A stretch of 64,000 bases of DNA from an uncultured delta proteobacterium (GCA_963771175.1 CAVYSY010000040.1:128001-192000); one strand, 5' to 3'; positions 11,267 through 20,402 are shown, counted from the first letter of the stretch. Numbers and translations are program-made. Notes: generated by a model from the letters alone, not told the origin.

Positions 11267-11793
11267 GACAGCGTTTCAACGTCCTGACACAGCTCACCCA
11301 GGCCCGGGCCGACGAATCGGGCGCGCCGGAGAGGGATCCGCTCGTCCAGCTCTGCGCCTTCTTCGTGGGCCCCGAGGAGTACGCGGTGGACATCATGCGG
11401 GTGGAGGAGATCCTCCCGCCCCAGCGTCTCACTCCCATCCGGGGAGCGCCGCCCTTCATCGAGGGCGTCATCCACCTGCGTGGCTCCATCCTCCCGGTGG
11501 TGGATCTGCGCAAGCGGCTGCTCGGCCCGGACGCCCCGGTACCCGCCAAGACGCGGCTCCTGGTGTGCTGGCTGGGCCGCAAGCGCGTGACCTTCGCCGT
11601 GGACCGCGTGTCCGAGGTGTTGCGGATGCGGCGCAGTGAGATCAAGCCCGCTCCCTCCATGGGGGCGGTGGGTCCGGCCCCCTTCGTGGTAGGGGTGTGT
11701 GGCCAGCCGGAGCGGCTCAAGCTGCTGCTGGACCTGAAGACGTTGCTGCTGGCGGAGATGGTGCGCGACACCGGCCGGAGGACGAACGGATGA
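11263..11793 (+). CDS. cheW: CheW coupling protein
   Basis: ATGA overlap; YAVDIMRVEEI..IEGVIHLRGSILPVVDLR..VDRVSEV. Confidence 0.92.
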   Translation: MRQRFNVLTQLTQARADESGAPERDPLVQLCAFFVGPEEYAVDIMRVEEILPPQRLTPIRGAPPFIEGVIHLRGSILPVVDLRKRLLGPDAPVPAKTRLLVCWLGRKRVTFAVDRVSEVLRMRRSEIKPAPSMGAVGPAPFVVGVCGQPERLKLLLDLKTLLLAEMVRDTGRRTNG

Positions 11794-13772
11794 TCGAGGA
11801 GGGGGGATACGCCGAGGAGGCGCGCTACCGGGCCCTGCTGGAGCTCGACACGTCCTCTCCGGAGGCATTGCGGACGCTCGTGACCGGGCTCCATGACGAG
11901 AGCTGGCGGGTGCGCCGGGCGGCGGCGGAGGGCTTCAGCCGGTTGCCCGAGCGTGGGATGGCGGTGGAGCGGCTCATCTCCGTGCTGGGCGAGCGGGACG
12001 AGACGGGCGCACGCAACGCGGCGGCGGAGTCGCTGGTGGGCATGGGCCTGTCGGCGGTGGCGCCGCTGGTGCGACTGCTCGAGCACTCGGACCCGGATCA
12101 GCGGAAGTTCGCCGCGGACATCCTGGGCCAGCTCGGGCGACCGGAGGCGGAGGAAGCCCTGGTGAAGGCGATGCTGGACGACGGGGACCTCAACGTCCGG
12201 GTGGCGGCCGCGGAGGCCGTGGGGAAGCCCGGCGTCGGAGGCAAGGTCGCCGCCCGCGCCCTGGAGCGCACCCTGCACGACCCCGAGCCGCTGCTGCAAC
12301 TGAGCGCCCTGGAATCGCTCGCGACGCTGCGCCACCCACCGCCGCTGCCGGAGCTGGTGCGGCTGCTGGCCAACCCGATGCTCAAACGCAGCGCCTACCG
12401 GGTGCTGGGCCTCATTCCCCAGGTGGCGGCCACGGAGCTGGTGTGCCGGGGGCTGGGCGCGGAGTCTCGCTCCACCCGTGAGGCGTCGCTCGTGGCTCTG
12501 GGCACCCAGGCGAGCCTGGCCGAGCCCTCGCTGCGGCCCGAGATGGAGGCGGCGGTGCGGCTGGCGCTGAAGCGGCTGCCAGAGGCGACGGGCTTCGTGG
12601 CCAGCGCGCTGGAGTCCGATGATATGGAGCTGCGCGCGGGCGGGCTCGTCGCGGCGGCGGCCCTGCGTGAGCCGCAACTGGCGCCCCTGGTGGCGGAGGT
12701 GGCCCAGGAGGAGCGGATGGCGCCGGAGGTGATGCGGACGCTGTCTTACTTCGGCCCGGAAGCGGGACGCGAGCTGCTGGCGAGCATGGACCGGCTCTCC
12801 TTCCCGGCGCGCGAGGCGGCGGGGCACGTGCTGGTGGAGATGGTGGACGCCACGTACGTGCCCGAGCTCGTCCAGATGCTCGACTGGGGCGAGGTGGACC
12901 TGAAGATGGTGGCGGTGCAGGCGCTCGGGCGGACGCGCTCGCTGGAGGCGGTGGAGCCGCTGGCGCAGCTCCTCTCGCACCCGGACATGGCGGGGCTGGC
13001 GGCGCGCGCGCTGGTGACGCTGGCCGCCCACTTCCCCAAGTCGGTGGCCCAGGCGCTGGAGACGGCGATGTCCGAGGGGGCGGAGCCGGTGGTGCTCAAC
13101 GCCCTGGTGCGGGTGGGCGGCACGGCCATGCTGCCCCTGGTGCGGCGCACGGCGCGCGAGGCCTCCGTGCCGCTGCGCGCCACCGCCGTGGAGGTGCTGG
13201 CCGCGGTGGACCCGGCGGGCGGGCTGGAATTGGCGCATCTGGCGCTGACGGACGAGGCCCCCCGGGTGCGCGCCGCGGCGGTGCGGGTGGTGGGGCAGGT
13301 GGGAGACCCCTCGGCGGCGGGGCTGCTGAAGCAGGCCCTGGAGGACGAGGCCCTGGAGGTGCGGCTCGCAGCCCTGGACGCGGTGGGCGAGTGCGGCGCC
13401 CTGGAGCGGGTGGCGGACCTGGAGGCGCTGGTGCAGCACGCCGAGGGGGCGGTGGCCTTCCGGGCGGTGCAGGCCCTGGCGCGGCTGGGGGCCCTGCGGG
13501 ACGAAGTGCTCCGGCGCGCGGTGACCCACGAGGACCCCGAGGTGGTAAAGACGGCTTTGCTGGCGGGAGCGGCCTCGGCCGAGGGCGTGGCGCTGGCGGT
13601 GGGGCTGCTCGGCCACTCCGGCTGGGACGTGAGGGCCGCGGCGGCGCGGGTGCTGGGGGACTCCGGTGGACCGGAGTGCCTGTCGGCGACCCGGGCCGCG
13701 CTCGCGGCGGAGACGGATGCATTGACGCGCCGCGCCCTGGTGGACGCGGTGGACCGGTTGTCGAGTCGCTAA
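11790..13772 (+). CDS. HEAT/PBS-lyase repeat protein
   Basis: Repeated LxDxxxxVRxAAxxAL units; ATGA overlap with cheW. Confidence 0.9.
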   Translation: MIEEGGYAEEARYRALLELDTSSPEALRTLVTGLHDESWRVRRAAAEGFSRLPERGMAVERLISVLGERDETGARNAAAESLVGMGLSAVAPLVRLLEHSDPDQRKFAADILGQLGRPEAEEALVKAMLDDGDLNVRVAAAEAVGKPGVGGKVAARALERTLHDPEPLLQLSALESLATLRHPPPLPELVRLLANPMLKRSAYRVLGLIPQVAATELVCRGLGAESRSTREASLVALGTQASLAEPSLRPEMEAAVRLALKRLPEATGFVASALESDDMELRAGGLVAAAALREPQLAPLVAEVAQEERMAPEVMRTLSYFGPEAGRELLASMDRLSFPAREAAGHVLVEMVDATYVPELVQMLDWGEVDLKMVAVQALGRTRSLEAVEPLAQLLSHPDMAGLAARALVTLAAHFPKSVAQALETAMSEGAEPVVLNALVRVGGTAMLPLVRRTAREASVPLRATAVEVLAAVDPAGGLELAHLALTDEAPRVRAAAVRVVGQVGDPSAAGLLKQALEDEALEVRLAALDAVGECGALERVADLEALVQHAEGAVAFRAVQALARLGALRDEVLRRAVTHEDPEVVKTALLAGAASAEGVALAVGLLGHSGWDVRAAAARVLGDSGGPECLSATRAALAAETDALTRRALVDAVDRLSSR

Positions 13773-13795
13773 GGCATCACGGAGGCCAGGGGGTG

Positions 13796-14665
13796 ATGCC
13801 TTTCGATACAGGCAAGCCGGAGATGACAGCGGAGGAGTTCCGCCTGTTGCGGGACTACGTGTATGGCCACTGCGGCATCCTCGTGCGCGATGACATGAAG
13901 TTCGTCATGCACCGGCGGCTGTTGCCGCGGCTGGAGGCGCTGGGGCTGTCGGACTTCAGCGCCTACTACCGCTTCCTGCGCTTCGATGCCCAGCGCCGCG
14001 CCGAGCTGGAGACGGCCATCGAGGCCCTCACCACGCACGAGACGTACTTCTTCCGCGAGCCGCGCCAGCTCAAGGCCTTCTCCGAAGAGGTGCTCCCGCG
14101 CCTGGAGCGGCGCAACGCCCGCACGAAGCGGCTGCGCATCTGGTCCGCGGGGTGCTCGTCCGGGGAGGAGGCCTACACGGTGGCCATGCTCCTCAAGGAG
14201 AGCGGGCGCTTCGAGGGCTGGGACGTGGAGGTGCACGGCACGGACATCTCGCGCCGGGTGCTGGCCCAGGCGCGCCAGGGCGAGTACGGGCCGTCCTCGC
14301 TCCGGGCCACGCCGGCGGAGAAGATCGCCCGCTACTTCGTCCACGTGGGGGCCAACCGGGTGCGCGTGCGCGACGACGTGCGCTCCTGGGTATCCTTCGG
14401 GCACCAAAACCTGCAGGAGCCGGAGACGGGCCTGCTGGTCTCCCGCATGGACGCCGTCTTCTGCCGTAACGTGATGATCTACTTCGACACGCCCGCGCGG
14501 CAGCGGGTGCTGCGTCTCATCTACGACAAGCTGGTGCCCGGCGGTTACCTGCTGCTGGGGCACTCGGAGAACCTCATCAACCTCAGCGCGGACTTCGAGT
14601 TGGTGCACCTGCGCGGCGACCTCGTCTACCGCAAGCCGGCTCCCATCGAGGGGAGCGGATTGTGA
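13796..14665 (+). CDS. cheR: Chemotaxis methyltransferase CheR
   Basis: TTHETYFFRE, RIWSAGCSSGEEAYT, GTDIS, FCRNVMIYFD, GHSE. Confidence 0.96.
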   Translation: MPFDTGKPEMTAEEFRLLRDYVYGHCGILVRDDMKFVMHRRLLPRLEALGLSDFSAYYRFLRFDAQRRAELETAIEALTTHETYFFREPRQLKAFSEEVLPRLERRNARTKRLRIWSAGCSSGEEAYTVAMLLKESGRFEGWDVEVHGTDISRRVLAQARQGEYGPSSLRATPAEKIARYFVHVGANRVRVRDDVRSWVSFGHQNLQEPETGLLVSRMDAVFCRNVMIYFDTPARQRVLRLIYDKLVPGGYLLLGHSENLINLSADFELVHLRGDLVYRKPAPIEGSGL

Positions 14666-15696
14666 GCTCGCTCGCGCCCGTGAAGGTGCTGGTGGTGGAT
14701 GACTCGGCCCACAACCGGAGGCTGCTGACGCAGCTCCTGGAGTCCTCGTCGGACGTGAAGGTGGTGGGCACGGCGGCCGATGGCAACGAGGGGCTGCGTC
14801 AGGTGATGGCGCTGCACCCGGACGTGGTGACGCTGGACCTGGAGATGCCGAAGCTGGGCGGCTACTCCTTCCTGCGGCTGCTCAAGAGCCAGGCGCCCAC
14901 GCCGGTCATCGTCATTTCCAGCTACGCGCACAAGGCGGACGTCTTCAAGGCGCTGGAGCTGGGGGCCTTCGACTTCATCGCCAAGCCGGCGAAGCCCACG
15001 CCGGACGTGTTGGACAAGCTGCGCAAGGAGCTGCTGGAGAAGGTGCACGCGGCGAAGCTGGTGCGGCCGTCGGAGTCGAAGCCGGCGCGCGGCAGGTCGA
15101 GGGTGATGCCCCTGGAGCCCGCGTTCGTGGTGGCCATCGGAGCGTCCACGGGAGGGCCGCCGGCGGTGCAGCGGCTGTTGGAGGCGCTCTCGCCGGAGCC
15201 CTCGATGAGCCTGCTGGTGTGCCAGCACATGCCCAAGCAGTTCACCCGGGCCTTCGCGGAGCGGCTGGACAGGCTGGGGCCCTTCGCCGTGCACGAGGCG
15301 GAGGAGGGAGACATCCTGGCGCCGGGCCACGTCTACATCGCGCCCGGAGGGCGGCAGCTCGTGGTGTACCGGCAGGCGGGGCAGTACGTGCTGGGCACGC
15401 CGCACCCGACGATGCAGGACAAGCACGCGCCCTCGGTGGACCGGCTCTTCATGAGCATGGCCGAGGTGTTCGGCTCCAAGGCGGTGGGCGTGGTACTGAC
15501 GGGGATGGGCGCGGATGGGGCGCTCGGCGCGAAGGCCATCCAGAAGGCGGGAGGCGAGGTGTGGGCGGAGTCGGAGCGGACGGCGGTCATCTACGGGATG
15601 CCGCAGGAGGCGGTGGCCACCGGCGCGGTGAGCCGGGTGCTGCCGCTGGGCGAGATTGGGCCGGCGCTGGTGGAGATGGCGCGCAAGAGGCGATGA
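14662..15696 (+). CDS. cheB: Chemotaxis response regulator methylesterase CheB
   Basis: REC domain (VVDDS, DLEMP) plus GASTGG, QHMP, PSVD and LTGMGADG, so the Ser-His-Asp triad is intact. Confidence 0.96.
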   Translation: MSSLAPVKVLVVDDSAHNRRLLTQLLESSSDVKVVGTAADGNEGLRQVMALHPDVVTLDLEMPKLGGYSFLRLLKSQAPTPVIVISSYAHKADVFKALELGAFDFIAKPAKPTPDVLDKLRKELLEKVHAAKLVRPSESKPARGRSRVMPLEPAFVVAIGASTGGPPAVQRLLEALSPEPSMSLLVCQHMPKQFTRAFAERLDRLGPFAVHEAEEGDILAPGHVYIAPGGRQLVVYRQAGQYVLGTPHPTMQDKHAPSVDRLFMSMAEVFGSKAVGVVLTGMGADGALGAKAIQKAGGEVWAESERTAVIYGMPQEAVATGAVSRVLPLGEIGPALVEMARKRR

Positions 15697-15697
15697 C

Positions 15698-16483
15698 ATG
15701 AAGACCTTTCCCACCGAGTTCGCGGAGCTGCTCACGCCCAAGGGGCGGCGCATCCTGGAGGGGCGCGACCGGGACGCGTGCGGCGCGCTGATGCAGCCGG
15801 GGCGGCGCTTCGTGGCGCTGAGCGGGGTGCTGGACGTTCGCAAGGCGGCGGCGTGCCGGGAGGTGCTGGAGAAGGCGCTGCGGGACACGCTGACGGCGAT
15901 GGAGGACCCGATTCCCCCGGAGAGCATCTGGGGGATGACGGAGAACTACGCGGAGCAACTCCCGAAGACGGTGCGGGTGAGGACGGCGCTGCTGGAGAGC
16001 CGGCGCTCGCGCTCGTGGCGCGCGGCCGAGGAGGTGGGGCTGGTGGGGATGCTCCACTCGCAGAGCTTCGCGGCCTTCGCGGCGGCGGTGAGCGGACGAG
16101 CGCTGCGGCGCAAGTGGGGCATTCAGGTGCTGTGCTACGGCCCGGGGGACTACACGGGCCCGCACAACGACCACCACCCCGAGGACGCCGAGGCCTTCGA
16201 CGGCTACGTGGACATGCACCTCACGTTCGCGACTCCGGCGGTGGCGCACCAGTGGCTCGTCTACGCCAAGGGCGGGCACTTCTCGGAGATGCAGAGCGTG
16301 AACACCCTGGGAGGGGTGACGGTGTACCGGCTGCCCTTCTGGCACTACACGACGCCGCTGGTGGCGAAGCCGGGCGCCGAGGAGGACGCCCGACGCTGGG
16401 TGCTGCTGGGGACGTTCCTGGACGCCCCGAAGGAGCGCCGCCGGGGCTCGGCCATCGAACTGCCCCAGCCGGCGGGGAAGTGA
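15698..16483 (+). CDS. Putative 2OG-Fe(II) oxygenase-fold protein
   Basis: YGPGDYTGPHNDH (HxD), distal WHYTTP His, and RRWVL Arg; starts 1 nt after the cheB stop. Confidence 0.6.
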   Translation: MKTFPTEFAELLTPKGRRILEGRDRDACGALMQPGRRFVALSGVLDVRKAAACREVLEKALRDTLTAMEDPIPPESIWGMTENYAEQLPKTVRVRTALLESRRSRSWRAAEEVGLVGMLHSQSFAAFAAAVSGRALRRKWGIQVLCYGPGDYTGPHNDHHPEDAEAFDGYVDMHLTFATPAVAHQWLVYAKGGHFSEMQSVNTLGGVTVYRLPFWHYTTPLVAKPGAEEDARRWVLLGTFLDAPKERRRGSAIELPQPAGK

Positions 16484-16486
16484 AGT

Positions 16487-16957
16487 TCAGACTTCCTCGT
16501 CGGGCAGGAGTGTGAGGAGTACCTCGTCGTCGGGACCGAGTGGGCGCCAGCCGGGTGGCGGCGGTTCGGCGCGGAGCGCTGCCCTGGCCTGTTTGACACG
16601 CTCCTTGTGAGTTTCTGGGGTGAAGCTCGTCCACATGGCGAGTGTCTGGGCGACCGTGAAACGGGATGGGTCGTCCAGCACGGCGGGCCAACCCTCAGGG
16701 AGATTCTGGGACAAGAGGCGCACAAGAACATCGCGCACAAAGCGTGTGACCTGCTTGCGCTGCTCTGCTTCGGTCAGCAATCCGCCCAGCACCTGCATCC
16801 CGGCGATATCGTCTTCGCCAAGCTCCTCGGCTAGCGAGTGCAACGGGACGGCGGGACGCGCCTCCGCGAAGGCAGTGAGCGAGTCGAAACCACGCTCGCG
16901 GATCCGCTCATACAGACGGACCCTCCAGTTGCCCCGCCAGGCGCTCCCCTCTGTCAT
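16487..16957 (-). CDS. Putative immunity protein of the DUF2380 toxin
   Basis: ATGA-coupled to the toxin ORF. W.GNW..RLYER.RERGFDSLTAFAEARP...PPPGWRPLGPDD is a myxobacterial family I recall downstream of DUF2380 genes; no Nudix box is visible. Confidence 0.7.
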   Translation of the reverse strand: MTEGSAWRGNWRVRLYERIRERGFDSLTAFAEARPAVPLHSLAEELGEDDIAGMQVLGGLLTEAEQRKQVTRFVRDVLVRLLSQNLPEGWPAVLDDPSRFTVAQTLAMWTSFTPETHKERVKQARAALRAEPPPPGWRPLGPDDEVLLTLLPDEEV

Positions 16958-18393
16958 GGTCCTCTCCCGGTGACGAAGTTCATTGGGATTTTATAGAGCC
17001 TCATGTACTCCGCGACGACCTTCAGGATCTCGCTCCGCGTCAACATCCGGCCCGCTTCGGCTTCGGCGTCACGCAGCACTCCCATGATCATCTGGTTCCA
17101 CTCACCGGGCCATTTGCGACCCACGCGCCAATCGCCACCGCCGTGAATCGCCTCGTGGCTTGCCCGCTCCAATTTGACGCAGAACCGGTCGATGCTCATT
17201 TCGCCGGTGAAGCCGCGCTTCTCGAACCACTCGCGGAACGCTCGCGGCAGGACGTGGTGCCGCGGGGGCTCGGCCATTCCGGCCCCCGTTCTGCCCGTCA
17301 CCTGCATACCCCGCACCTCGGGCCCGTCGCCGAGCGCGTCGCGCACGCCCCGCGGCAGGTCCTGCTTCGCTTCGGACATCATCACCTGACCGGCGTGAAT
17401 CCGGACAGCGGCGCTAACGGCGGGAACGGAGATGACGCCCGCCTGTACGAGCCGGCGCATCATCTCCACCCATTCGGCGGAGACGACGATCCGCGTGCCC
17501 GTCATCACTCCGTTGGTGCCCACCACGAGCCCCACGCCGAGCGTGGCGGAAGCGGCCGGTGGGAGCAGCCGGGGCAGTGCCATCTTCATCGCCGAGGCCG
17601 TGGTGAGCATTTCGATGAGCTCCTTCACCAGCATCGCCTCCTCGAATTGCTGCGCCGCTACGCGCACGGCCTCACGGGTCGTGGCGAACTCGCCGGTGAG
17701 GTGGCCTACCAGCGCGGGCAGGTCGGTCGCCGCCGCCTCCACCTGCCCTGGCTCCAGGGTGGCGAGTGCCGTCATGGCTGGCGCGAGCATCATCTGCAGG
17801 CGGTCCATGCTCCAGAACAGCCGTTCCACGCTGTAGTAGGGGCACTGCCTGAGCACGACGTCGGCGAGGTTGAGGAAGTCGAGCCAGACGGCGAGCAGAA
17901 TGGAGCCCAACATCGCGGCCTCGAGCCTTGGGCCGCCGAGATGCAGGAGGGCGAGCGCCATGTCCGGGTCATCCACCTCCGAGGCCGTGTTGGACAGCCG
18001 GGTGGCAGCGGCGAGCTCGGCGTCAATCCATCGCAGTTGCTCAACGCCATAATCGACGAAGGGGCTGAACAGGTCGGCGTATCGGCCGGCGATGCCCCGC
18101 TTGCTGGCCTTGAGTCTGGAGAGTTCACCGGAAATGCGGCGGGTGGAGCCGGACACGTCGCCAACGGCACCGATGAACGCGAACTGGGCCGCGAGGGCGC
18201 TCTGCCGCGAGGGCTCTGGCTCCGAAGGTTGGGATGAGGCGAGGAGGCGCGGATGCTCCTCGCTAGGTTCCTCCTCCCTCGCGGGCACGGCGGCCCCGCG
18301 CGGTGTGTAGCGCAGGAGCATCCCCCGGCCGGGCGGTGGCGGCAGTGACGCGCAGCCGGTGGACAGCAGACTCATGGAGAGCAGCAGCGCCAA
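16954..18393 (-). CDS. DUF2380-family polymorphic toxin lipoprotein (C-terminal HH/AHH-like nuclease)
   Basis: Lipobox LSTG-C; C-terminal HHVLP..FREWF..RGF..IDRFCV..HEAIHGGG..EWN. The start is uncertain (TTG 18393 or ATG 18375); the upstream part of the 713-aa ORF is an off-frame shadow of the amidase. Confidence 0.75.
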   Translation of the reverse strand: MALLLSMSLLSTGCASLPPPPGRGMLLRYTPRGAAVPAREEEPSEEHPRLLASSQPSEPEPSRQSALAAQFAFIGAVGDVSGSTRRISGELSRLKASKRGIAGRYADLFSPFVDYGVEQLRWIDAELAAATRLSNTASEVDDPDMALALLHLGGPRLEAAMLGSILLAVWLDFLNLADVVLRQCPYYSVERLFWSMDRLQMMLAPAMTALATLEPGQVEAAATDLPALVGHLTGEFATTREAVRVAAQQFEEAMLVKELIEMLTTASAMKMALPRLLPPAASATLGVGLVVGTNGVMTGTRIVVSAEWVEMMRRLVQAGVISVPAVSAAVRIHAGQVMMSEAKQDLPRGVRDALGDGPEVRGMQVTGRTGAGMAEPPRHHVLPRAFREWFEKRGFTGEMSIDRFCVKLERASHEAIHGGGDWRVGRKWPGEWNQMIMGVLRDAEAEAGRMLTRSEILKVVAEYMRLYKIPMNFVTGRGP

Positions 18394-18470
18394 CCACCGG
18401 GCCCACGGCGAGTCTGCTTGGCGCGATTGGAAGGAGTGCGGACTTGCTCTGCTCTCCAGGGGGGGCTCCG

Positions 18471-19598
18471 TCAGATGACCGCGTCGGTGGCGCGGCGGAC
18501 GCGGCCCCAGTCGAAGTTGTCCGCCGGGTCCACCTTGCGGCCCGGGGCCACGTCCCTGTGGCCCAGGATGTTCTTCATGGGGATGTCGTACGTCTTGGCC
18601 AGGTAGGGGACGAGCTTCTCCAGCGCGCGGTACTGGGCCTCGGTGAAGGGCGTCTTGCCGCTGCCGTCGTTGGTGATCTCGATGCCGATGGAGCGGTTGT
18701 TCACGCTGGGGCTGGTGTCGCCACGGAGCGAGGACTTGCCCGCGTGCCACGCCGTCATCTTGTCGTCCACCAGGTGGAAGATGGTGCCGTCCTTGCCGAT
18801 GAGGTAGTGCGCGCTCACCGACTTGTCCCCGTTGGGCTTCGTCAGCGCGTTCAGGTCCCCCTGCACGTTGTTGGAGGCGGTGTGGTGCAGGACGATGGTG
18901 TCGATGTCGGCCCCGCCGCGCGAGCTGAAGTTGGCTGAGGGCACCCACTTCATGTCCGGCTTCGTCACCTTGCCGGGGGTGGTGGGGGCGGGAGCGGGAG
19001 CGGGGGTGGACGCGGGCGGCTTCTGGCCGGCGAGCGCCTTCTCCAGCGCGGCCTTCGTCTTCGGGCCGTACTCCCCGTCCACGCCGAGCTTCCACGCGGA
19101 CTGGAACTTCTTCACCGCCTCTTCCGTCTTCGGGCCGTAGACGCCCGGGCCGGAGTTCATCTGGGCCTGGCTCATGTAGCCGAGCTTCACCAGGGCGGAC
19201 TGGAGCTGCTTCACCGCGGTGCCGGAGTTACCGCGCTCCAGGCCCGCCGCGGGGGCGGTGACGGAGGGCGCCGTGGGGGCCGGCTTGGGCGCCGCCGGGG
19301 TGAGGGCCTTGAGCATGGCGGCGCGCGTCTTCGGGCCATACACGCCGTCGGCCGTCAGCTTGTGCGCGGCCTGGAACTTCTTCAGCGAGGCCTCCGTCTG
19401 GGGGCCGAAGGTGCCCGGGCCGGTGTTCATCTGGGCCTGGCTCATGTAGCCGAGCTTCACCAGCGCGGACTGCATCTGCTTCACCGCGGTGCCCGAGGCT
19501 CCCTTGGAGAGGGGACCCGAGGGCAGGGTGGGGGTGGACGCGAGGGTGGCGGGGGCGGTGGCGACTCTGGTGCGGGACGAGGAGGAAACGGTGCTCAC
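18471..19598 (-). CDS. N-acetylmuramoyl-L-alanine amidase (Amidase_2) with two peptidoglycan-binding domains
   Basis: Two G.SGTAVKQ.QSALVKLGY..GPxTE..KKFQ..DG.YGPKT domains; IVLHHTA, VSAHYLI, AWHAG, SIGIEI, GHRDVAPGRKVDP. Confidence 0.93.
   Translation of the reverse strand: MSTVSSSSRTRVATAPATLASTPTLPSGPLSKGASGTAVKQMQSALVKLGYMSQAQMNTGPGTFGPQTEASLKKFQAAHKLTADGVYGPKTRAAMLKALTPAAPKPAPTAPSVTAPAAGLERGNSGTAVKQLQSALVKLGYMSQAQMNSGPGVYGPKTEEAVKKFQSAWKLGVDGEYGPKTKAALEKALAGQKPPASTPAPAPAPTTPGKVTKPDMKWVPSANFSSRGGADIDTIVLHHTASNNVQGDLNALTKPNGDKSVSAHYLIGKDGTIFHLVDDKMTAWHAGKSSLRGDTSPSVNNRSIGIEITNDGSGKTPFTEAQYRALEKLVPYLAKTYDIPMKNILGHRDVAPGRKVDPADNFDWGRVRRATDAVI
19143..19493. repeat. 81-nt direct repeat (19143-19223 and 19413-19493; 4 mismatches) encoding the duplicated PG-binding domains
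   Basis: Direct comparison of the two copies, which are 270 nt apart. Confidence 0.9.
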
Positions 19599-19648
19599 GG
19601 TCGGCTCCGAGCAGGGGGGCTGCGCAGGAAGTCTGGGACGACAGCGGA

Positions 19649-19677
19649 ATTATCGCCGAAGTGGCGAAAAGGTTGTG
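19649..19677 (-). promoter_or_regulatory. Candidate alternative-sigma promoter of the amidase (CAACC-N15-CGATAAT)
   Basis: The minus strand reads cACAACCttttcgccacttcgGCGATAATtcc; the -10 element resembles sigma28 GCCGATAA. Confidence 0.45.
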
Positions 19678-19824
19678 CCTCCAACGAGAGAAATACCCAG
19701 GAGCCGCCCCTGCCGGCCCTCGTGTGACCGCTGATCGCCAGGGAGGTCCTTCAGCCGCCGATAAGTCCAGTTTCAGACAGGAGAGGAGACCTGCGTGCCT
19801 GCCAATTTCGCGGCTGGCCGAGCA

Positions 19825-19839
19825 TGGCGCGCCGAGTGC
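19825..19839 (+). promoter_or_regulatory. Candidate sigma54 -24/-12 promoter of the OsmC gene
   Basis: TGGCGCGCCGAGTGC has GG-N10-GC spacing and lies just upstream of the GGAGG SD. Confidence 0.35.
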
Positions 19840-19862
19840 CACATCCGCTGGAGGACTCGGAA

Positions 19863-20402
19863 ATGGGAAGCGTCGGAAGCTGCAGCACGCTCGGGATCGA
19901 CACCTTCGAGAAGACGAAGGCGCAGGTGTCCGCCAACCCGGAAGCCGGCAAGGGCCGCTTCGAGACGGTGACGGAGTGGCGCGATGGGGCCCAGGCGGTG
20001 ACGCGGGCGCGCTCCTTCATCCTGGAGACGGATGAGCCCACCGCGCTCGGCGGCAAGGACCAGCACATCGACCCGATGGAATTGCTGCTGGCCGCGCTCG
20101 GCACCTGTCTGACGATTGGCTGGGTGACGCAGGCCCGGCTGCGCGGGCTCGACTACCGCAACCTGCGCATCAAGGTGAGCGCGCCCTTCGACCTGCGCGG
20201 CTACCTCGACCTGGACCCGACGGTGCGCCCCGGTTTCTCCGAGCTCCAGTACGCCGTCGAGGTGGACACCGAGGCCGACACCGCCACGCTGGAGGAGATT
20301 CGCCGGGCGGCGGAGAAGAGCAGCCCGATGTTCGACAACATCCTCAACCCCACCGCCATCTCGGGCCGGGTGACGAAGACCCACGCCTCGCTGGACGCCT
20401 GA
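19863..20402 (+). CDS. OsmC/Ohr-like family protein
   Basis: DEPTALGGKD..DPMELLLAALGTC..DLRGYL..VRPGF..SPMFD; GGAGG SD. Confidence 0.9.
   Translation: MGSVGSCSTLGIDTFEKTKAQVSANPEAGKGRFETVTEWRDGAQAVTRARSFILETDEPTALGGKDQHIDPMELLLAALGTCLTIGWVTQARLRGLDYRNLRIKVSAPFDLRGYLDLDPTVRPGFSELQYAVEVDTEADTATLEEIRRAAEKSSPMFDNILNPTAISGRVTKTHASLDA

Noticed and set aside
11232..13616. Long antisense or off-frame ORFs (e.g. 11232-13616, 33434-36679, 38068-40848, 48075-50714, 51529-54240, 57348-59405)
   Set aside because: They are shadows of real genes in high-GC DNA, rich in Arg/His/Gly/Pro and without recognisable motifs.
16487..16957. NUDIX hydrolase label that I recall being given to this family
   Set aside because: No GX5EX7REUXEEXGU box is present; the context favours an immunity protein.
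18394..19095. N-terminal extension of the 713-aa DUF2380 ORF
   Set aside because: It overlaps the amidase in another frame; the lipoprotein signal begins near 18400.
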